Under the pieces are notes generated by a model, which did no database searches, was not told where the DNA came from, and saw only the letters and a list, made by a program, of their open reading frames with translations. A program made the translations under genes and the position numbers. Shown piece by piece: positions 60,166 through 64,000 of a DNA stretch of 64,000 nucleotides. This stretch comes from Polyangiaceae bacterium (GTDB taxonomy: Bacteria > Myxococcota_A > Polyangia > Polyangiales > Polyangiaceae): assembly GCA_037720395.1 (NCBI GenBank), contig JBBJMR010000004.1:10535-74534 (forward strand). The letters are read 5' to 3'. Within the stretch, counting starts at the first letter, position 1; the number at the start of each line of letters is the position of its first letter.

Positions 60166-61289
60166 GACCCCGACGCGGCGCGGCGGGCGCGCTGGTTGGC
60201 CATGGTGTGCGAGATGCCGGGCACGGTGGGTTGCACCGGCGCGTCACGCGCCGGGTCGCTGTTGCCGAACGAGGGCTGCGCCACCGGATCGCCGGTGGTC
60301 GGTGCCACGCCGCCGGGCGCGCCCTGCGGCGTCCACTGCCCGCCCGAATAGCGCGTCCCCGAGGGTGACGGCGGCACGCCGGGGTACGGCTGGGAGTAGA
60401 GCGCCGAGGGGCGGGCGTAGGCGCTGGAGATCTCGAGCGCCGAGCCCAGCGCCTCGACCAGCTCCTTGGCGGACTGGAAGCGGTGCGCCGGGTCGCGCGC
60501 CGCCGCGCGCGCCCACCAGGCGTCGATGCCCGGCGGAAGATCGGGCGCCACGTGCGACGGGACGGGCAGGGGCTGGACGATGATCTTCACCAGCAGGTCG
60601 CCCAGGGCCTCGCTGATGAAGGGAAGCTGCCCGGTGAGGCACCGGTAGGCGACCACGGCCATCGACCAGAGATCGCTGCGCCAGTCGACCGACTTGATGC
60701 CCTGCGCCTGCTCCGGGCTCATGTAGCTCGGGGTGCCGAGCAGCGCGCCGGTGGCCGTGCTGCCGTGGGAGATGGACACGCTGGTGCTCTTGGCGATGCC
60801 GAAGTCGAGGATCTTTGCCGTCTCGTGCTCGTCATCGCGGATGAGGAACACGTTCTCCGGCTTCAGGTCGCGGTGCACCAGGCCGGCGGCGTGCGCCTTG
60901 CCGAGCGCGCGCGCCATCTGCGAGAGCAGCAGCCAGGTGTCCATCGGCGCCAGGCGACCGAGGCGGTGCAGGCGTCGTCCGAGGTCTTCGCCCTCCAGGT
61001 ACTCCATGGCGATGTAGGGCATGCCCTCGCACTCGCCGTAGTCGATGACCTGCACCACGTGCGGGCTCTTGAGCTGCGCCACCACCCTGGCCTCGCGCTC
61101 GAAGCGCGCTCGGGTGTCCTTGGCGGCGGCGACGTGGGCGTGGATGAACTTCACCGCGCAGGAGGTGTCGAGGCCGATGTGGTGGGCGAGCCAGACCTCG
61201 CCCATGCCCCCGCGGCCGAGCGCGCGCACCAGCCGGAAGCGATCGGCGATGACCGTTCCTTCCGCGAGCCGCAATCCACCGTCCTCCAC
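60162..61289 (-). CDS. Ser/Thr protein kinase
   Basis: Contains GRGGMGEVW, AVK, HRDLKPENVF, DFGIAK and SPE. Start set at GTG 61289, about 15 aa before the G-loop. The longest ORF extends to 61610. Confidence 0.9.
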   Translation of the reverse strand: MEDGGLRLAEGTVIADRFRLVRALGRGGMGEVWLAHHIGLDTSCAVKFIHAHVAAAKDTRARFEREARVVAQLKSPHVVQVIDYGECEGMPYIAMEYLEGEDLGRRLHRLGRLAPMDTWLLLSQMARALGKAHAAGLVHRDLKPENVFLIRDDEHETAKILDFGIAKSTSVSISHGSTATGALLGTPSYMSPEQAQGIKSVDWRSDLWSMAVVAYRCLTGQLPFISEALGDLLVKIIVQPLPVPSHVAPDLPPGIDAWWARAAARDPAHRFQSAKELVEALGSALEISSAYARPSALYSQPYPGVPPSPSGTRYSGGQWTPQGAPGGVAPTTGDPVAQPSFGNSDPARDAPVQPTVPGISHTMANQRARRAASGS

Positions 61290-61590
61290 CCGCCTGCCTC
61301 GATGCAGCTCGCCGTCCGTCGCGCCCGGAGCCTGCTGCCGGGCCGAGCCCCCCGTGCCGACGGGAGGAACGGCACAGCATAGCCATGCCCGGGCGCGCCT
61401 GCTCGATGTCCTACCGTGGACCCGGCGTGGATCCGCTATCTGGAGCACGTTCTCGATGGTGCCGGCCGCGTCGCCGTGGCGCGCCTCGACTGCATGTTCT
61501 GGCGCGTGCCCTGAGGGCGCGGCGCTCCTCGCCAGGCGGGCCCACGCGCGCCCGCTCGACAGCCGTCGGCTGTTGCCGTACCGCCGGGGT

Positions 61591-62445
61591 GTGTCCCGGC
61601 ATTCGACCACGGCGCGGCGCCCCGCCCGGGATCCGCTGCCCGACCTGAGGCAGGTGGAGGCCTGCTTGGAGCGGCTCTACGTGGCCGCGGAGGGTGCGTC
61701 GCTGCGGCAGTCCGAACGCAATAAGGCCATCGAGGTCCGGGCCCTGCTCGAGGAGATCGTGCGCGCCGTCCCGCTCTGGTCGCTGGAGGAGCCCCGGCGG
61801 GCGGCGGCCGCGACGTCCCACGCTCCGCGCCGGTGCGCCACCTCGCCACGCATCGTCGACGCGGCTGCCGGCAAGTCCTACGTCGGCCTGGTGGCCGCGG
61901 AGCTGCTCGTCGCCGGGCGTCCGGGCGCGCGCGTGGTGACCATCGAGCGCGATGCGGCGCGCGTAGAGGCTGCACGGCGCGCCGCGGCGCACGTGGTCGC
62001 CGAGGGCGTGGCGGTGGAGGTCGTCGCCGGCGACGTCGGCGACGCGACGCTGTGGCCCCCGGACGCCAACGTGGCCGTCGCATTGCACGCCTGCGGCGCG
62101 GCGGCGGATGCGGTGATCGAGTCGGCTGCGGCCGCCGCGGCGGCGACGCTGCTGCTCGTCCCCTGCTGCGTGGGCGCGGCGGTGACCGCGGTCCGCCGAG
62201 CGCAGGCTGCCGCCGATCGCCTCGGACTGTCGCGCGCCGCGCCGGTGCGGCGGTCGTTCGTGTCGGCGTGGGTGGCGTCGGAGCGCGCGCTGCGCCTGGA
62301 AGCGCTCGGCTACCGGACGGAGCTGGTGGCGTTCGTGTCGACCTCGGTGACGCCGGAGAACACCCTCTTCAGGGCGCGGCGCGTGCGGGAGCCGGTGCGG
62401 ATGGCCGACGCCGCGGCGCGGCTTGCGAGCTTGCAGGCGGGGTGA
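61591..62445 (+). CDS. SAM-dependent methyltransferase-like protein
   Basis: Motif I-like IVDAAAGKSYVGLVAAELL, then VVTIERD, VAGDVGD and ALHACG. Start uncertain (GTG 61591). Confidence 0.55.
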   Translation: MSRHSTTARRPARDPLPDLRQVEACLERLYVAAEGASLRQSERNKAIEVRALLEEIVRAVPLWSLEEPRRAAAATSHAPRRCATSPRIVDAAAGKSYVGLVAAELLVAGRPGARVVTIERDAARVEAARRAAAHVVAEGVAVEVVAGDVGDATLWPPDANVAVALHACGAAADAVIESAAAAAAATLLLVPCCVGAAVTAVRRAQAAADRLGLSRAAPVRRSFVSAWVASERALRLEALGYRTELVAFVSTSVTPENTLFRARRVREPVRMADAAARLASLQAG

Positions 62446-62484
62446 GCGAGAGCGGTGCACGCGAGGTGGCCACCGCGTGGCGAG

Positions 62485-62881
62485 CTACCACCGGAAGGGC
62501 GCGCGGCACTTGCCGATCATCCCCAGCTCGTTGAGCACCGTGGCCAGGCCGAGGTCATGGCGCCCGAAGGCCGCCTCGCAGAGGCGCAGCGCGCGGCGCA
62601 GGTGGCGCTCGGCCTCGGCCCAGCGCGCGCAATGCCGCAAGCCCGCGGCCAGGGCGAGCAGCGCCTTCACCGCGCAGGCGCTCGAGGTCGGGGTCACCGC
62701 CGGTTGCCCGCAGGATGCCCAGCGCGCGGCGCGCCAGGGCGGCGGCCTCGATGCCGTCCGTCTCCGCCGTGGCCACGCGCGAAAGAACGAGCAGCGTGTT
62801 GGCGGCATCCGGACTGCGCGGCCCGCCGTGCCGAAGGAACAGGGTCAGCGCCCGCCGCGCGGCGCCTCGTGCGGCGGACAT
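62485..62881 (-). pseudogene. TPR-repeat protein with apparent frameshift near 62670
   Basis: TPR-like text (AANTLLVLSRVATAETDGIEAAALARRALGIL) lies in one frame. It continues (VKALLALAAGLRHCARWAEAERHLRRALRLCEAAFGRHDLGLATVLNELGMIG) in another, ending at 62485. Confidence 0.4.
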
Positions 62882-63110
62882 GTCGCCCTGCTCGAAGGCC
62901 GCTCTGGCCGCCTCGTGCTGACGGCACGCCTCCTCGATGGCCTGTTCGGCGCTCTCACGCCCCAAGGAACGCTCTCCGCATGTGCGCTGCGCGGCAGTGT
63001 AGCGGACTGCGATCCGCGCACGACCGTGCGGCGACGGTAGCCGACGCGGGTGCTCCGAACGCTCTGCAGGTCCGCTGAGAGATGTCGCAGCTTCCGTCGT
63101 GATGTCGCTG

Positions 63111-63190
63111 GGTGGCCCCGCTCGGGGTCGAACCGAGACGCCCTCGCGGGCCGTGGATTTTAAATCCCGTCTGCGCAGCGGAATGGGCGC
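63111..63190 (-). other. tRNA-like 3' fragment (anticodon-like loop TTTAAAA, long variable arm, T arm, acceptor 3' strand); putative att site
   Basis: The minus strand reads ...GGGATTTAAAATCC-ACGGCCCGCGAGGGCGT-CTCGGTTCGACCCCGAG-CGGGGCC-A. No complementary 5' acceptor strand (GGCCCCG) or D arm lies upstream. Confidence 0.45.
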
Positions 63191-64000
63191 TTTCCTGGGG
63201 GATTCTTGCACATCTTGACCGTCGGATGACCCGCCTAAGTCTTGTGGTCCCAGGTCGGTCCCAGCTTCGGTCAGCTCCAGGATGGCCACGTCGAGAGGCA
63301 GCAGGTCGCCCAGGGCCGCCTGGCGATGCTTCTGGACCTTCTTCTTGTACCTGGCCAGCATCAGACTCGACTTGTGGCCCGTCCTCTCACGGACCCAGTC
63401 CTCCGTGCGCCCGTTGGCCAGCGCGGTGGTGACGAACGTGCCGCGCAGGTCTCTTAGCTTCGTGGGCCGGCGCTTGTCGTCGTCGATGTAGAGCTGAGGC
63501 CGGTCGACGCCGGCCGCGAGCAACCATGTCCGGTACTCCTCCGCGCGAACCGTCAGTTCGGGCTGGTCCTGCATGGCCTTCCCATCTGCGTCGCGCGCCC
63601 AGCGCACGACGGGCCGGCCCTGCTCGTCGGTGAAGACGTGGTCGTGCCCAACGGCGCCCCGGAGCGGCCGCCAGGCGACCAGCGCCCGCACGACTCCCGG
63701 GTCCATGACCCAGTCCCGCGGCTCGTCGGTCTTGTTCCGGTCGAGGTTGAGGATGCCTCGCTTCAGGTCGAGGTCACGGAAGGTCAGCGCCGCCGCCTCG
63801 CCCGGCCGGCACCCTTCCCTGGCGAGGAAGCCCAAGAGGACGCGGTAGCAGAGGGGAACAGCGCGGTGCGCGAGGAGCGCTGCGTCTTCGTCCGGGTAGA
63901 TCGCGTCCGAAACCCGCGCATCGTCTACGCGAGGCAGCCATCCTCGCGGCAGCGGGGTCGCCTTGATGAGCTTCAACGGGTAGACGCAGAGCCCCAGGAT
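63191..64000 (-). CDS. Tyrosine recombinase / phage-type integrase (partial; N-terminus beyond the right window edge; no stop before the att fragment)
   Basis: Catalytic-domain pattern: LLGFLAREGCRPGEAAALTFRDLDL (Arg I), LRDLRGTFVTTAL (H/K-x-x-R region) and GHKSSLMLARY (His and catalytic Tyr). The ORF continues uninterrupted to 62555. Confidence 0.75.

Larger units (their letters stand above)
63111..64000. mobile_element. Left end of a second integrative element (extends beyond the window)
   Basis: An integrase lies directly next to a tRNA-like 3' fragment, with a GC dip at 63100-63260. Confidence 0.5.

Noticed and set aside
63111-63200. Complete tRNA-Leu(UAA)-like gene on the minus strand
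   Set aside because: Only the anticodon-like loop, long variable arm, T arm and 3' acceptor strand can be drawn. No 5' acceptor strand complementary to CGGGGCC and no proper D arm are found upstream. The anticodon stem has only 3 clean pairs. I therefore kept it as a fragment or att site.

Overview
High-GC (about 70% by eye, not computed) bacterial chromosomal segment. The gene content points to a myxobacterium (Myxococcota); this is inference only. The supporting content is several Ser/Thr kinases including a kinase-FGE fusion, ECF sigma/anti-sigma pairs, many Cys-rich secreted lipoproteins, a Kazal-domain lipoprotein, and an integrase that reads through its att site as in myxophage Mx8. I can support about 60 protein-coding genes, one intact tRNA-Arg(CCG) and one tRNA-like 3' fragment. 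Recognisable core genes include an SLT transglycosylase, a CreD-like protein, an EF-G paralog, an L,D-transpeptidase, an acyl-CoA ligase, a TetR regulator, PAP2, an epimerase, a FabV-like reductase, an acyl-CoA desaturase, an aquaporin, a D-cysteine desulfhydrase/ACC deaminase-family enzyme, a BCCP-like protein and histidine ammonia-lyase. Accessory highlights: (1) A 4.1-kb integrase-less islet lies between a perfect 47-bp duplication of the tRNA-Arg 3' end. It carries an orphan PAAR / ABC-type ATPase / VgrG-C-terminal-like beta-helix module plus a DUF433-DUF5615 toxin-antitoxin pair. (2) A DUF692/DUF2063 (MbnB/MbnC-like) Cys-modifying RiPP-type cluster has an atypical lipoprotein precursor ending in SCGEGTCG, next to an ECF sigma / NrsF-like anti-sigma pair. 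(3) Three paralogous small Cys-rich lipoproteins share one Cys pattern, and other Cys-rich secreted proteins are translationally coupled to larger genes. (4) A roughly 420-bp intergenic array shows strict 42-bp periodicity, with 4 direct plus 4 inverted units. (5) A partial tyrosine integrase at the right edge has an ORF that runs through a tRNA-like att fragment. Caveat: at least nine genes show apparent frame changes, so the sequence either contains indel errors or the region carries many pseudogenes. Most long Arg/Ala/Pro/Gly-rich ORFs in the supplied track are off-frame artefacts of GC-rich DNA.
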